DNA of 62,543 nt, the filler included, from Hausera hauseri (Eukaryota): NCBI GenBank assembly GCA_046269625.1. It is 10 parts of 10 records of this genome, joined end to end, with 100 filler letters (N's around TTAATTAATTAA, not from the genome) between each part and the next. Parts side by side here need not be neighbours in the genome. Positions count along the whole stretch, not along the records: positions 1 to 5,148 come from JBJURY010322273.1; positions 5,249 to 9,947 come from JBJURY010470578.1; positions 10,048 to 14,466 come from JBJURY010591556.1; 7 more parts are not named here. The stretch is one strand, 5' to 3'. Below the pieces are notes generated by a model, which was not told the DNA's origin, made no database searches, and was given only the letters and a program-made list of their open reading frames with translations. Shown here piece after piece: positions 1-11,589 of the stretch. Positions within the stretch are counted from its first letter, which is position 1. Every line of letters starts with the position of its first letter. The position numbers were made by a program, and so were the translations under genes.

Positions 1-211
1 TTACAATGACATTCAAATTGATAACTTAAATTAGATTTCAATTTTTTACGCGTGCGAGATTTATTACTTAACAAAAGTTTTGTTGTTTTGAATAATAATC
101 TAATATTGATGTTGGGATTTGTATTTAATTTTTAATATTATTTTTTAAAATCTCTCATCATAATTATTCCGTTTATCACATCAACTCTATTGCACTATGG
201 CTAGACTTCAT

Positions 212-3200
212 TCAATTATCAAATGGCAACTGATTTTTTATACTCTCTTCATACAACAATTCATTAACTGCATCCAACATTCGATAATTTCTATTCCCTC
301 GGTCTTTCGCACAACGGACTTTCGATTCAATCAATTCTTTGGTGTAAAAGGGTTTCAGTGGAACCGGTCTCCTTTGGCTTTCGGGCAATTGATCATTCCA
401 TTTGATCCACTTCGTTTTGCATGCCTTCTCATGTATGGGGAGCGAGTATTTCGTGAAATACCGACCACATAAATAACAAACCGTGCCCGGCATTGACGGA
501 ACGAGTTTTTGGTCCATCTTCCAACAAACTGTTTCTTTTTTCTGGAATGCTTCAAGAATTTGTTTTTTCTGGTTTTCCATACATCGTATGGTGTGGTCCT
601 CTTTGTTCTGTTTGGAAATCCAACACCGACAAATATTGCATGGAAAATTTGTGATGGATTTCGTTTGTGGTGAACTGAGTTGTTTTAAAATGTCGTGTAT
701 GGGAATACCTGGTTCGCAATGGGGATTCGTGAGGTATTTTGGCATGAATGGACGGTATTTGACGTGGTAGCAATCGAGAAGAATGTCAACAGTATGTACT
801 AAAATGAAATCTGCTATGGCATCGATTATATTGTACGACATATCGTAGCTAAAGGTATCCACATGATCATCATAATGAACATCAGGACTGTCCTCCATAA
901 ATAATGGATTTTGCCGTTGTGCTCTACCCGGTTTGTCTTTAGTAGTGCATTTTTCTTTACGAATATATTCACGATGGTCTTTGCTTCCGATACTTGCTCG
1001 TCTGCTGACTATATCATCTGTATCTTCTCTTCTAAAGTTTTGTCTGCTACTTTCATGACACATTGATGCTTCTTTTGGACATGGATGCTCTATACCTGGT
1101 GTATCATCCATCAATAATGGATTTTGATACTGTGATCTACTCGTATGGTCTTTTACATTGTTTTCTTTGCTACCCATACTTATTTTTCTACTGACTATAT
1201 CATCTATCTCTTCCTTTGTTAGGCTTTGTTTGCTATTTCCGAGACCATCAGATACTTCCTTATGACTGCAACTAATTTTGCTCGGATATTTTCCAGGTTC
1301 GCTTGGATCTTGTCTGCTCTTAGCGAGACCATAAGATACCTCCTTATGACTGATTCTAATTCTGCTTGGATATTTTACCAGATCTCTTGGATTTTGACTG
1401 CTATATCTAAGACCCTCAGATACTTCCTTATGAGTGATACTAATTTTGCTTGGATATTTTTCCGGTTCGGTAGGATTTATGACGTTAGCTACCTTTTCAG
1501 TACTACGGTTTGATGGCATCAAACTCCCTTGCCGATATTGCATTTTTATCCAACCTTTCGTCGTTTCTAAAGTTCCGTTTCCCAACACCGATGAATCGTA
1601 TGACGTACTTGGTTTCATGATTTTGTTTTCAGGGAGATTATTTGATTCAACTTTTGTTTCGACACTTTTCCGAAAACCTGCCAGTTGTTGTTCCGAATAT
1701 ATATCGTAATATTTCGCCGATTGAATGTCCGATTGTTGAAATAGACTATGTCCTTGATTTGTCTGAGTTACTTCGTTAAACATACCAAAACGTCTTCCAT
1801 CATTGCTGTTGAGAAAGACTTCTTTCATCGGTTTAAATGATAAAACGTCGTCAGTTGTTGGAAAGTCTTTATTTGAATGATAGACTTTGGGGCCGATGAC
1901 TAGTACATTTTCCTGTGGAATATTGCTGATATAATCATACGGAGATGGCTCTATTTGTCTGCTGGCTTCGTTTTCGTTTGGAGATTCTTTTTTGCGGGTT
2001 TTTGATTTTGTTGGTCTGAATTCCAATTCATATATTTGATCGGATGTATTACATCGCTGGTAACAACTGTTATCAGTATTGATCCCATCGTCTAAGCAAT
2101 TCCGTTTCACTGATGTTGGTTTGTTTGTCTGACCCAAACATGGTGATCTACTTCGTTGCTTGTTGTCGTCGTTCACATCGTCCCTACTGAAATCATTGAT
2201 CATCCGACGATTTACTTGAATTTGAACAATTCCACTTTTCGACGAACTTATTTTATTCACATTTCCACTGCTCTTTGATGTATGTTTGGAAAGTGGAGGA
2301 CGAGAATATTTGAACGTCTGTGTGGATGACTTTATCCTTTCTTGAACGAAATCCAAGCTCCTTGTTCGCTTGGTGAAGACTGTATTATTGTACTCCATTG
2401 TTACGACTGGGGTTTGTTTCACGGCCAAATCCAACCTATGGTTCAATTGCTCGTCCATTTCGTATTCGGTATCTTCAAAGTCGCTCGACGTGTGTAAAAA
2501 CTCATAGAACACTTTCTTCTCGCACTTTTCAAAGCAATTAAATTCCGAATCACTCACATAGCCTACGAGTTCGTATTGATTTTCGTTTTCCATCGAGATG
2601 AAATCCACTTTGTTCACGTCGATATTCGTCGTAAATATATTACTGTCGTACTTGTCGACTAAGTTCGCTTCATCTGAAAAGTACCAACACGATAAAACTG
2701 AGTCGAAATTATCCTCCTTTGATAACATTTTTGTATCTTTTTGAAAATAACGTACACCATTGTCATGTTCGGCAACTACTATATCGATTTCCGGCTTCTC
2801 GGAGAGATTCACGTAACCTTTGGACAATTTTGGATTATCCGGTAATTGGATGTCATCGGGGGGTTTAAATTTCTGAACGACTTCAGCGATGATACTCGTT
2901 AAACCATCTGTGAAATATCTGTTCTTTGCTTTGCCATCTTTGTTTAGGTCACTTTCAACATCGACACTTATGAACAAACTTTCATCAGATGAAATAGGAG
3001 CAGTATTATCGTCACTAAGTGCTACAGGTGACGGATTCATGATGTCTAGATCACTAAGTGATTTACTCCAACTATTATTCATTGCATACTCATTTCTCTT
3101 TACTATTCTGGGGCTCCCTTCACTGCATTTCATTTTCCCGGTGTACTTCACATATTCCGATACTTCAGCCATTTTCAATTCACTGACACTCACATCGTTT

Positions 3201-5122
3201 GACTTGAATGTGCGCCGTTTCTCTTCGTGCTTCAGTTCCATTTTGAAATGGATCTTTTCGTTGCTGTTGTTGATTTTCGTCGATTCTGTTTGTAAGCACA
3301 ATTCCAAGGATCGACGGCTTCCATAAATATTCAACGAGGAGTGACTAGGGCGCATGGCAACGAGTTCTCCACAATAAATTGTCGGGAGTCGTTTGCAATG
3401 TTTGGAAATGTTTGGAACAGATTCTTTTATCACTGGACGATGGAATTTAGCAATACGAGAGCTTTCCTTGAGAGATAATTGTGAACCCTTGTTTTTATTT
3501 CTATGAGACTTAATTAACTCGGCAGTGTACACCTTAGCGTTATTCACATCATTCATGGCCCTGTAGAAGATTTCACGTGGTGCTATTTTACAACCAATTC
3601 GTTCAACTCGACTAATGAAGTCAGTTTCGTCGTTTTCTATTACTCGAAAAAAGTTTCTCTCACGAACTTTTAATTCTTTTGTCTGGAACCGTTTATCAGT
3701 CATCTTTCTTTCGATATCCCCATCGCAGTATGTTTTGTCCTTTACGTGCAATGCCGCTCTATTGGAAAGTTTATATTCGGTGACAAACTGCTTCTCGGAT
3801 TTCGTATTGAAACTTTCATAAAATGATGACATCTTACTAATAGAAAATGGATCTAACGTATGAAATGCAGCAGCGCCTCTTTCAATACTTTCAACATTAC
3901 ACGAACTATGTAATACGTAATCTTTGTCACCATCCGATAATTTCGGGTAGTGTATTAAATTTCTTGACGGTACATCCTCTCCAGATTGAGGATTTTCTAC
4001 GTCAACAGAGATGATAGTACCAGTCATCTGTCTGCCATATCTAACGAAAGTCGGTACACTATCAATATCTTGACTCAACGAGAACTCCTTTGACCTCTGA
4101 AACTCACAAGACAATTTTGAATGAGATGCTGTAAGTTCCTGACTAGCAGAAAACTGGTTTTGTCGTGGAAAGAGATTATACTGTGACTCACGGCTTGCAG
4201 ACAGCTGATTTTGTGGTGGAGAAAGATGAAACGGTACCCCCTGACTTCCGGAAAGCTGGGTTTGTGGTGGAAGGAGATGATACTGTGACTCCTGACTTGA
4301 AGAAAGCTGTTTTTGTCGTGGAAAGAGACGAAACTCGTTTAGACTTGTTAAAGGAACATCTAGATTTGTGCACGATGTTCCTTTATCAAAATCATACACG
4401 TCGCTATCAGACAACACAGGCTTAACACGAAATTTCTGTACGAATTCCTCATACTTCTCCAAATCATTTGAAGTTTGATTTTTGTTTTTCCGCCTTAACG
4501 ACACAACTTCTTCGATCTTTTTTACCAGTCTCTTATAGACAGATTTAATATAATGCTTCTTGAAGTTCTTCCACTTTCCAATCTTTTGACTGACTTGTGT
4601 ATTTGATTCAGGAGATAAAATATCACTCGTTTTCTCGATACTCAGATGTTTAAAGCCTGAAGGTTTTCTCTGATATTTGTTCTTCAAAGGGCACGATGAA
4701 AATATTCGACAATAAGTTGTTTCGGACTTTATTTGTTTATTCGGATTTCCTGTGGCTTGTGAATCGAGTTCATCATAGAACACATCAAATTTGTTGGAAT
4801 TATCATAACATAATGGTTCAAATTGTATTTTGGAGACCTNNNNNNNNNNATAGTCATTATCAAAGCTCAATAGTATCGGGGATTTGGGGCCCAACTCATC
4901 GTTCGTGTTGAATGATTTCAGGTGGGAATATACTGTTTCAGTGTCATCAACTAAATAATTGTCTTCAAGGTTACCTTCGTTATCCTTCGAAGTTTCTTCA
5001 ATGGAAATTTCAACATCTATATAATCATTTTCAATATAATCAAAATATCCCAGAAGTTTATTATTCAGATCCGGCTCATGACCATGAAAATTAGTTTTAT
5101 TAGTTGGCGGTGATGACATCAT
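212..5122 (-). CDS. Large, mostly low-complexity protein (1636 aa) with C-terminal C2HC-type zinc fingers, ZNF474-like
   Basis: Uninterrupted ORF apart from a 10-N gap at 4840-4849. C-terminus has CNICRCWISKQNKEDHTIRC and TVCYLCGRYFTKYSLPIHEKACKTKW...NDQLPESQRRPVP, matching the zf-C2HC motif and flank of ZNF474-type proteins. The remainder is S/K/N/D-rich with internal repeats. Confidence 0.7.
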   Translation of the reverse strand: MMSSPPTNKTNFHGHEPDLNNKLLGYFDYIENDYIDVEISIEETSKDNEGNLEDNYLVDDTETVYSHLKSFNTNDELGPKSPILLSFDNDYXXXXVSKIQFEPLCYDNSNKFDVFYDELDSQATGNPNKQIKSETTYCRIFSSCPLKNKYQRKPSGFKHLSIEKTSDILSPESNTQVSQKIGKWKNFKKHYIKSVYKRLVKKIEEVVSLRRKNKNQTSNDLEKYEEFVQKFRVKPVLSDSDVYDFDKGTSCTNLDVPLTSLNEFRLFPRQKQLSSSQESQYHLLPPQTQLSGSQGVPFHLSPPQNQLSASRESQYNLFPRQNQFSASQELTASHSKLSCEFQRSKEFSLSQDIDSVPTFVRYGRQMTGTIISVDVENPQSGEDVPSRNLIHYPKLSDGDKDYVLHSSCNVESIERGAAAFHTLDPFSISKMSSFYESFNTKSEKQFVTEYKLSNRAALHVKDKTYCDGDIERKMTDKRFQTKELKVRERNFFRVIENDETDFISRVERIGCKIAPREIFYRAMNDVNNAKVYTAELIKSHRNKNKGSQLSLKESSRIAKFHRPVIKESVPNISKHCKRLPTIYCGELVAMRPSHSSLNIYGSRRSLELCLQTESTKINNSNEKIHFKMELKHEEKRRTFKSNDVSVSELKMAEVSEYVKYTGKMKCSEGSPRIVKRNEYAMNNSWSKSLSDLDIMNPSPVALSDDNTAPISSDESLFISVDVESDLNKDGKAKNRYFTDGLTSIIAEVVQKFKPPDDIQLPDNPKLSKGYVNLSEKPEIDIVVAEHDNGVRYFQKDTKMLSKEDNFDSVLSCWYFSDEANLVDKYDSNIFTTNIDVNKVDFISMENENQYELVGYVSDSEFNCFEKCEKKVFYEFLHTSSDFEDTEYEMDEQLNHRLDLAVKQTPVVTMEYNNTVFTKRTRSLDFVQERIKSSTQTFKYSRPPLSKHTSKSSGNVNKISSSKSGIVQIQVNRRMINDFSRDDVNDDNKQRSRSPCLGQTNKPTSVKRNCLDDGINTDNSCYQRCNTSDQIYELEFRPTKSKTRKKESPNENEASRQIEPSPYDYISNIPQENVLVIGPKVYHSNKDFPTTDDVLSFKPMKEVFLNSNDGRRFGMFNEVTQTNQGHSLFQQSDIQSAKYYDIYSEQQLAGFRKSVETKVESNNLPENKIMKPSTSYDSSVLGNGTLETTKGWIKMQYRQGSLMPSNRSTEKVANVINPTEPEKYPSKISITHKEVSEGLRYSSQNPRDLVKYPSRIRISHKEVSYGLAKSRQDPSEPGKYPSKISCSHKEVSDGLGNSKQSLTKEEIDDIVSRKISMGSKENNVKDHTSRSQYQNPLLMDDTPGIEHPCPKEASMCHESSRQNFRREDTDDIVSRRASIGSKDHREYIRKEKCTTKDKPGRAQRQNPLFMEDSPDVHYDDHVDTFSYDMSYNIIDAIADFILVHTVDILLDCYHVKYRPFMPKYLTNPHCEPGIPIHDILKQLSSPQTKSITNFPCNICRCWISKQNKEDHTIRCMENQKKQILEAFQKKETVCWKMDQKLVPSMPGTVCYLCGRYFTKYSLPIHEKACKTKWIKWNDQLPESQRRPVPLKPFYTKELIESKVRCAKDRGNRNYRMLDAVNELLYEESIKNQLPFDN
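1226..1470 (-). repeat. Coding tandem repeat, 3 x 84 bp (28 aa; KYPSKISxxHKEVSxGL)
   Basis: gatac(t/c)tccttatga recurs at 1251, 1335 and 1419 (period 84); the peptide repeat is visible in the translation. Confidence 0.9.
4137..4330 (-). repeat. Coding tandem repeat, about 4 x 51 bp (17 aa; FPRQxQLSxSQESQYxL)
   Basis: tttgt(c/g)gtgga recurs with period 51; peptide units FPRQKQLSSSQESQYHL / LPPQTQLSGSQGVPFHL / SPPQNQLSASRESQYNL / FPRQNQFSASQE. Confidence 0.9.
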
Positions 5123-5148
5123 CGAATGTCGATTCCTCGGAATATTGA

Positions 5149-5248
5149 NNNNNNNNNNNNNNNNNNNNNNNNNNNNNNNNNNNNNNNNNNNNTTAATTAA
5201 TTAANNNNNNNNNNNNNNNNNNNNNNNNNNNNNNNNNNNNNNNNNNNN
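5149..5248. other. Artificial contig-joining linker (six-frame stop)
   Basis: 44 N + TTAATTAATTAA + 44 N. The same linker occurs at 9948-10047, 14467-14566, 21432-21531, 29584-29683, 37649-37748, 44359-44458, 51465-51564 and 56674-56773. Confidence 0.99.
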
Positions 5249-6084
5249 AGCAAGATGCAGATATTGTGCACACCAAAATTAGACAGTGAAGCACCATCTG
5301 CTGTCTTGCTCCGCGCTCCAGGAGCTAAGACGGACTTCATTAACATAGGCAGTGTGTTATATGGCAGCCCACAGCAGCTTAATAAAACTACACAGTACCA
5401 CATATTGGCATCAAAGTCAACAAAAGCTGACGCTCGATGACTGTGGATCAAAGACAAGACAACAGCTGTTTTGTTCCAATGCTTCACCATGTTCTCCTTG
5501 GTCTAACTCATTCCCTCCTACCCCGTGGAGTCCTCTGTAGTGCTATCGGTGACAACAATTTTGTTTCTCTCACTTTCCTCCTCTATTCAAACGTCCTACC
5601 CAACGCCTTCCTTCAGCAATCAGCCATACAGTTTTTTCATTCCTGCTTCTTCCAATTGACAAGTCCGCTATATGGGAAGGTAATGGCGTCCTGACGTTGT
5701 GCTGACAACGTAACCCAACCATGCGGCAGCACAAAGAAAAATGCGGACACCGACTCCACAATTGAATTCATTACTTACTATACAGGATATATCGACCTAC
5801 GAGAAGGACAGAAAATCAGTCGTCTACCCGTACATCACACCAATGTCTAACACAAATGTTGTATGAGATAAATCTGCAGCAGCTGTAGATCAGAGGAGAT
5901 CAGTGTCAAAAACTGAATAAAAAATATCGCAGAATGTCGCTTTTAGAAAGCGTTATCTGTTGCTTGATTGTATCAGACACCAGAATCTTCACATTCTGGA
6001 CAGTTCCCATGCTTACCTCGGAGATCCGAGACAGCAAGTTTGACTGAGAGTTGTCTGTTTTGAGGAGTGTCCCGACAAAGACAG

Positions 6085-6310
6085 TTGGAAATAGCGATGG
6101 AGGTAGAAATAACCAGAGTCAAGGCAAAGTTGAAAAAACGAGAGACAAGGGCACGTGGAAATAACAAACTTAGAGATAAGGAAAAATTGAAATAACGAGA
6201 GTTTGAGACAAGGGAAAGTGGAAACAACGAGAGTTACAGACAAGGATGAGTGGAAATAACGAGGGTTTGAGAAAAAGGAAGGTAGAAATACCAAGAGTTG
6301 GAGATGGTGA
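6085..6310 (+). repeat. Degenerate ~26-32-bp tandem repeat (about 7 units; consensus GTGGAAATAACGAGAGTTTGAGACAAGGGAAA)
   Basis: Units begin near 6103, 6129, 6155, 6186, 6218, 6250 and 6282. Confidence 0.7.
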
Positions 6311-6494
6311 TGAGATTTGAAAGAACAGAAACTTAATGACGTCATCGCAGAAGATATTATTTGTGATCGAGTATTTTCTTTGTGTACTTTTGTATCATCA
6401 TTTTTGTTGTAAATATTGCAGAATCAGCTAACTAAACAGAATTTATTAAACTCCTTGCATATTGTACAAAAGTATTTATATTTATCTGGTGCAA

Positions 6495-8662
6495 ATGGAG
6501 ACTCGAGTTCAATCACAGATCTATCTTCTTGGATCAGCAGTCACTGATGTACTTGGAGCTAAGCTGCCTTCCAGTCGTTCGGATTTTTTATTCATCTCCA
6601 TTTGACTGAAAACTCTGTCCGGAATTCTGCCAAACAGGTCATATATTATATTTTGCCATTTTGGGAACGAACTCGTATTAGTGTTAGACCATTACAACAC
6701 TACATCAGCAAGCTTGAGAAATTGTTCCGTGAGTGGCAAGTTTTGAAGATGCACAAGAATCGAAAATGGGCACTCCACATGCAGTCAGAGGCTGAGTTTA
6801 CTGATAGGTTAGCATATCTGTTTGATAAAGCCCACGCAGACGCACTGAGTATGATCAAAATCCCCGAAGATAGGGAGTTTCTTCTATCTCATCGGGAGAA
6901 GAATCGACGTGGAGTGCTTGGATCAGTAGATTAAGTGTTAGCTGATAGACAGAAGCGGAGTCATGAAGCTGTTGAGGATGAACAGATAAGGCACAGTAGG
7001 TCAAATTCTACGCCGGGCAGATGGTAGCAAGTAGCAAAGTTCATAGTTCCAGTAGCTTCTCAGACAGTGAAGATAATGCAGCCAGTGATAGTGAAGAAGT
7101 AGCGGTTGGAGGAAGTATGGCAGCTATGGGCAATTCTGTGCTAAAGCGGTCTCACCAAGCAAGTGTGAATATCATTAGTCCAAGTCTGGTAGCTGCCCTA
7201 GACAGAATTGGAATTTCATCCCGTGCATCCATATACATTGTCGCAGAAGCAGCCAAAAGTTTGGGTCATAACGTAGCTGACGTTAATGTAAACAGAATGT
7301 CAATCCATTGGCAGCGCAAGCAACACCGAGCTTAGTTTGTGAAAAAATTTAAGATACTGTTTCCTTCTGATGTTGCAGTTGTAGCCATTTGGGATAGTAA
7401 ACTCAGGGGGGACTTGACCAGTAAGCAGCACATTGACAGACTGCCGGTCATTGCTACTTCCACAGGAATCAGTCAGCTTCTAGGTGTGCCAAAGATTGCA
7501 TCTGGAACTGGTGAGGCACAAGCATCTGCAGTCGTAAGTATGCTGGGTTTGTGTGACAGTGTCGGTGCCCTGTATTTTGGCACAACTGCATCAAACACTG
7601 GTATAAAGGTAGGAGCTTGCGTACTGTTGGGTCAAAAACTGAAACGTAGTCTGCTGTACCATGTCTGCCGTCATCATATCATGGAGTTATTGATCAGTAC
7701 TTCATTTGAGAAAACTGTCGGTTCTGAGGTTCAACTTTTCAAAAGATTCAAGAAGCAGTGGGATTCCATTGACAAAGAAATCTTTGATGCTTCAACAAGT
7801 AACAGTTATGTGCTGAGCTCAGTAGTTGACATTAGTGATGAAATTCTTCAGTTTGATTAGCAACAGTTGAATGACAAGCAGCCACGAGATGATTATCGTG
7901 AGCTATTGGAACTCTGCATAGTATTCATTGGTGAGGTTCCTTCTCAGAATCATGGCACCAGGTGCCATCCACCACGCAAGATGCATGTCAAAAGTTTTGT
8001 ATGCCTTGAAAATATGTATTTTTCGCAAGCAGTTTGAGGTTACTGCAAGATAAGAGACGGGCCTGAGACATCGCGATTTTTGCTCTGCAGGATTACCCCA
8101 AGGCGTGGATTATTGCACTTCAGTAATTGCCGCTCCGCTGAATGATTTACGTCTAATGAATAGTCTCCTGAATTACGCTACAACAAACCAAGCTATCTCC
8201 GCAGCCACCGCCAAAAGACAGTCCACACATCTTTGGGACCTTTCTGAAGAATTGGTTGTCCTCACTCTCTTTGATGAAATGGTTTTGTCATCTACAAAAA
8301 GAGCCATGATTACAACACTGCAAAACAAAGTAATACATGCCACCAAAGCGCGCAGAAATAGATTTGCTGGCTTTCCACACATGCACTCTTGATCACTTCA
8401 CCACAAGCAATTCTATGAATTTATTTCATTGCCTTATGTTACCAATTCATTTTCTTGCTACTGATCCAGATACGTGGGAGACACAGGAGACCTACAATGA
8501 AGCAAAGAGTCTTCTGGCAGAGCCAACGGTACAGCAAAGAGAGGAGTGGCACTCATACAAGAGTTCAACAAAACCATAATAAAAGATGAGGATGATCTGC
8601 AGGTTGTTTCTGTTAATCGTCGGCTGTACCCGAATACAAAGAAAGACGAACTGTTGAAATAG
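6495..8662 (+). mobile_element. Decayed DDE transposase, hAT-related (hATm / Cc8K15.2-like family)
   Basis: Fragments across frames: METRVQSQIYLLG..GAKLPS, IWDSKL (first D), DRLPV..QLLGVPKIASGTG, FGTTASNTG (normally FDTTASNTG), CRHHIMEL (CxxH), PRDDYRELLEL, PGAIHHAR(C/W)MSK, HLWDLSEELV, ANGTAKRGVALIQEFN (normally NDxAERGV). Many stops and frameshifts. A possible degenerate right terminus lies near 9136-9147. The subfamily name is from recall. Confidence 0.75.
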
Positions 8663-9376
8663 ACTCTAGTTGACTTTGAATAACTAGAAACGTAACAGTT
8701 ATCATGGAACATTGCAGCGGTTTTTAAATTTGGAACTGATTGAATTTTTATTGTCATTAAAATTGCTATGCTGCATTGCGGATTGCTGACAGAACTATTT
8801 AACGATATTGTATACAAACTTGTTCCGAAACCACTTTTGCGTCCCTAAATCTGTTGAACAACAGTAGCAAATCTTGATTGTGTATTATATTCTTATTTGG
8901 AACAGGAATATGTACAAATACTGTAAATATGTATTACAGGGTATATGTTGTACTTGTGTTATAGCAGGTCAAACATAGGGAATAATTCATTTATATCGGA
9001 TAACAATTCCAATTTTGGGGGTCTTGGGCGACCTTTAAATATTAATTTAAACGGCTGACATTTTCTGTGATAATAACTTACCAAATGGAATAATTCTGGG
9101 GACGAGACTTTACTTTCTAAAATCTTTGATTTTTAAATGACGCCGTAATGTTCATCGGTTACGAATAAACTCCTGTTTTTAAGCCCAAACGTTGTCGACG
9201 TGTGACTAGTTAATTAACTGGTCAATTATAAAATTATTTAAAATGTACACATTTTTGTTTACAATTATTCGAATATCGCACTAAATTTTGCAAAGAATTT
9301 CCCGTTAGCAATGTTTTAATATTATGAAATATTTCCAAATGTTGTTTAATAACTCTACATTGTATAATGCCTTCAG

Positions 9377-9630
9377 ACGAAAGAACAACACATTAAACGA
9401 TGTCTGGAGTTTTTGACGAAAGAATTAGGGGTTTATACAATTGAAGAAGCTAAACAAAGAATATTTTTTGTGTCTGCTAAAGAAACTTTGGATTTCCGAA
9501 GTGACAAGATGGTTCAGAAAAATGTTTCTGGTAATCGATCACCATCGTTTTAACTTGTTATATTTATATTACTGTAGAAAATGTTCAGGAGAGGTTTCAA
9601 AATTTTCTGCAGTTTGAAAAGTTACTGGAG
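9377..9630 (+). CDS. MFN: Mitofusin (Marf/fzo) internal exons 9377-9530 and 9578-9630, separated by a 47-nt GT-AG intron
   Basis: Spliced translation TKEQHIKRCLEFLTKELGVYTIEEAKQRIFFVSAKETLDFRSDKMVQKNVS-ENVQERFQNFLQFEKLLE matches the mitofusin GTPase-end motif QHxxRCxxFLxxEL...RIFFVSAKE...FQNFExxFEE. Splice sites are canonical and phase is preserved. Confidence 0.88.
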
Positions 9631-10047
9631 GTAATTTGATATTGTAGTTCGTCTACCCCCTAAACATTTTAAACTAATTATCTGCTTTAAGTTTAATTAA
9701 AATTTTACACTAATTTTGTTATTCGTAAAAATTATTCCAGATGTTTGATTCATTCTCTAAGCAGTTGACGTTAGTTTATCCATGTTTTGGTGTTTTTTTT
9801 TGCGTTTGGTGGTTTTGCTCAATGAAAAGCTACTGAATATTAAATTTGTTTTAATTTAATGATTCTGATGACATAACTATTAATAATCAACTGTTAATAA
9901 AACCATTTGAAAAGTAGACTAGTTCAAATGGGCATCATGTATGCATANNNNNNNNNNNNNNNNNNNNNNNNNNNNNNNNNNNNNNNNNNNNTTAATTAAT
10001 TAANNNNNNNNNNNNNNNNNNNNNNNNNNNNNNNNNNNNNNNNNNNN

Positions 10048-11237
10048 GTCTTCGGTTTATCTTCCTTCACTTCTACTTGCCAGTAGCCTTTTTGTAAATC
10101 GATGGTCGTAAATATTGTCGATCCGTGTAATTTGTCTAATATTTCGTCAATTCTTGGTAACGGACATGTATCCGTTTCAGTTATTTCGTTCAATGCTCTG
10201 TAGTCTATGCAAAATCTCATCGTCCCATCTTTTTGACCATCACTACTGGAGCTGTCCATTGGGAACAACTTGGTTTCCCTCATTTCTTTTATTTTCTTTC
10301 GTGCTTCCTGCTTCTTGTCATATGCTAATCGATATGGCCTTTCTTTATTGGCTTATCCTGTCCTTCCTTTAACTTAATGGTATGGTGAATTATATTTGTT
10401 GTGCCCAAATCATAATCATTTTGTGCAAATCGACTGTTATTTTTCTCTAACAATTTGATTAGCATTTGTCTTTCTTCCTTAGTCAAAACCTCGCATTTTG
10501 GTAGCTTTTCATCCCAATTAATATTGGTAGTTTTGATTCCTCCTTTGTCTTTGTCTGTCTATTTAATTTTTTCTGTCATTATTTTTTCTATTTTGTCCAC
10601 ATCTGAAATTATCGAGTTAATTTTATTACTTCTTCAATAGTCGTTACTTTTCCTAATCTAGTGTCCTTTTGTAATCGTTTTTCTTTGCTTGCTGTATTAC
10701 AAATTCTTAGACGGATTTTTCCATCCCTTACTTTATCTACATGTGGAGCGACTAAGATTTCACATTTTTCTATAACTTCTGGATATGGTTCAAAGTGAAT
10801 AACCTTAGGTAATAATTTGCCTTCTATTTTTCCGGGCACCACTGTCTCAGAACGTGGGGGAATTACGATATCTTTGATTAATGAGACCGTTCCTTCATTT
10901 TGGTTCTCACCGAACCTCTTAAGTGGGCCTGTTCTTACATCTATGTAAGCGTTTTCCAATTGGTTTAGTATATCGCACCCGATTAAAATTTCATTAGTCA
11001 GGTTTTCTGCTATCCTTATGATGTTTTAAAATTTTCTTACCAATCTTAATCTCGGCATCCAGGACCATCTTGATTTCTTCTGTGCCGAATGCTCCTACGT
11101 TTATTAACGTGGTTGTTGGTTTCCTTAATTTTTTTTAATTCTTTCGGTAAATGGCTCTTTTCCATTTTTGTTGTCGTAGATCCTGTATCTAATAGAGCCG
11201 TCAACGGATATCCATTTACTTCTATTTCTATCTCAGG
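10048..11237 (-). pseudogene. pol: Gypsy pol 5' part: aspartic protease, beta-rich spacer, start of reverse transcriptase
   Basis: EIEVNGYPLTALLDTGSTTT (protease DTG near 11185); IVIPPRSETVV...IRLRICN spacer (10609-10959); RFCIDYRALNEIT..DTCPLPRIDEILDKLHGSTIFTTIDLQKGYWQV (RT). Confidence 0.92.
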
Positions 11238-11589
11238 TCATATGGGTGACTGCCGTTCGTTTGGGTCATGAATTTTGTGCGTATGTTTGTGTTTGTAAGG
11301 TGCCAGGTTTTCGTTGAAACTTTGTTTCATCTGTTGTACTTGATGTATAGGGTACAGTCCGGCATGCATTACATATTGCGCAGCTGATGGATTTATCAAA
11401 GGTTGCTCGTTATATAGCTGTCCGTGGTATTCATCTGCCGGATTTAGTTGAGGTAAGTCGGCTACCAACCTTTGTCTGTACTTCTGTTTCCGTGACTTCA
11501 GTGCTAGCTGTTTGATTCTAGTTATTCGATCACTCTTAGTGTTTATCGTATTTGATGTCAAGCGTACTATACGGAGAATCTCTTCCGTC

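Noticed and set aside
197-5094. Many short plus-strand ORFs opposite the 1636-aa gene, and similar antisense ORFs opposite BEL, Gypsy, PolB and CYP
   Set aside because: Shadow ORFs of the real coding strand with no motifs.
5193-5204. Recurrent palindrome TTAATTAATTAA as a biological repeat or CRISPR-like unit
   Set aside because: Always centred in 44+44 N and gives stops in all six frames, so it is a synthetic linker.
5249-5770. Cluster of overlapping short ORFs in GC-richer sequence
   Set aside because: Possibly a TE remnant, but I could not identify any diagnostic motif.
6085-6310. ~30-bp repeats as a CRISPR array
   Set aside because: Degenerate head-to-tail units without unique spacers, no cas genes, eukaryotic context.
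10609-10959. dUTPase between protease and RT
   Set aside because: Resembles the beta-rich PR-RT spacer common in Gypsy elements but lacks dUTPase catalytic motifs.
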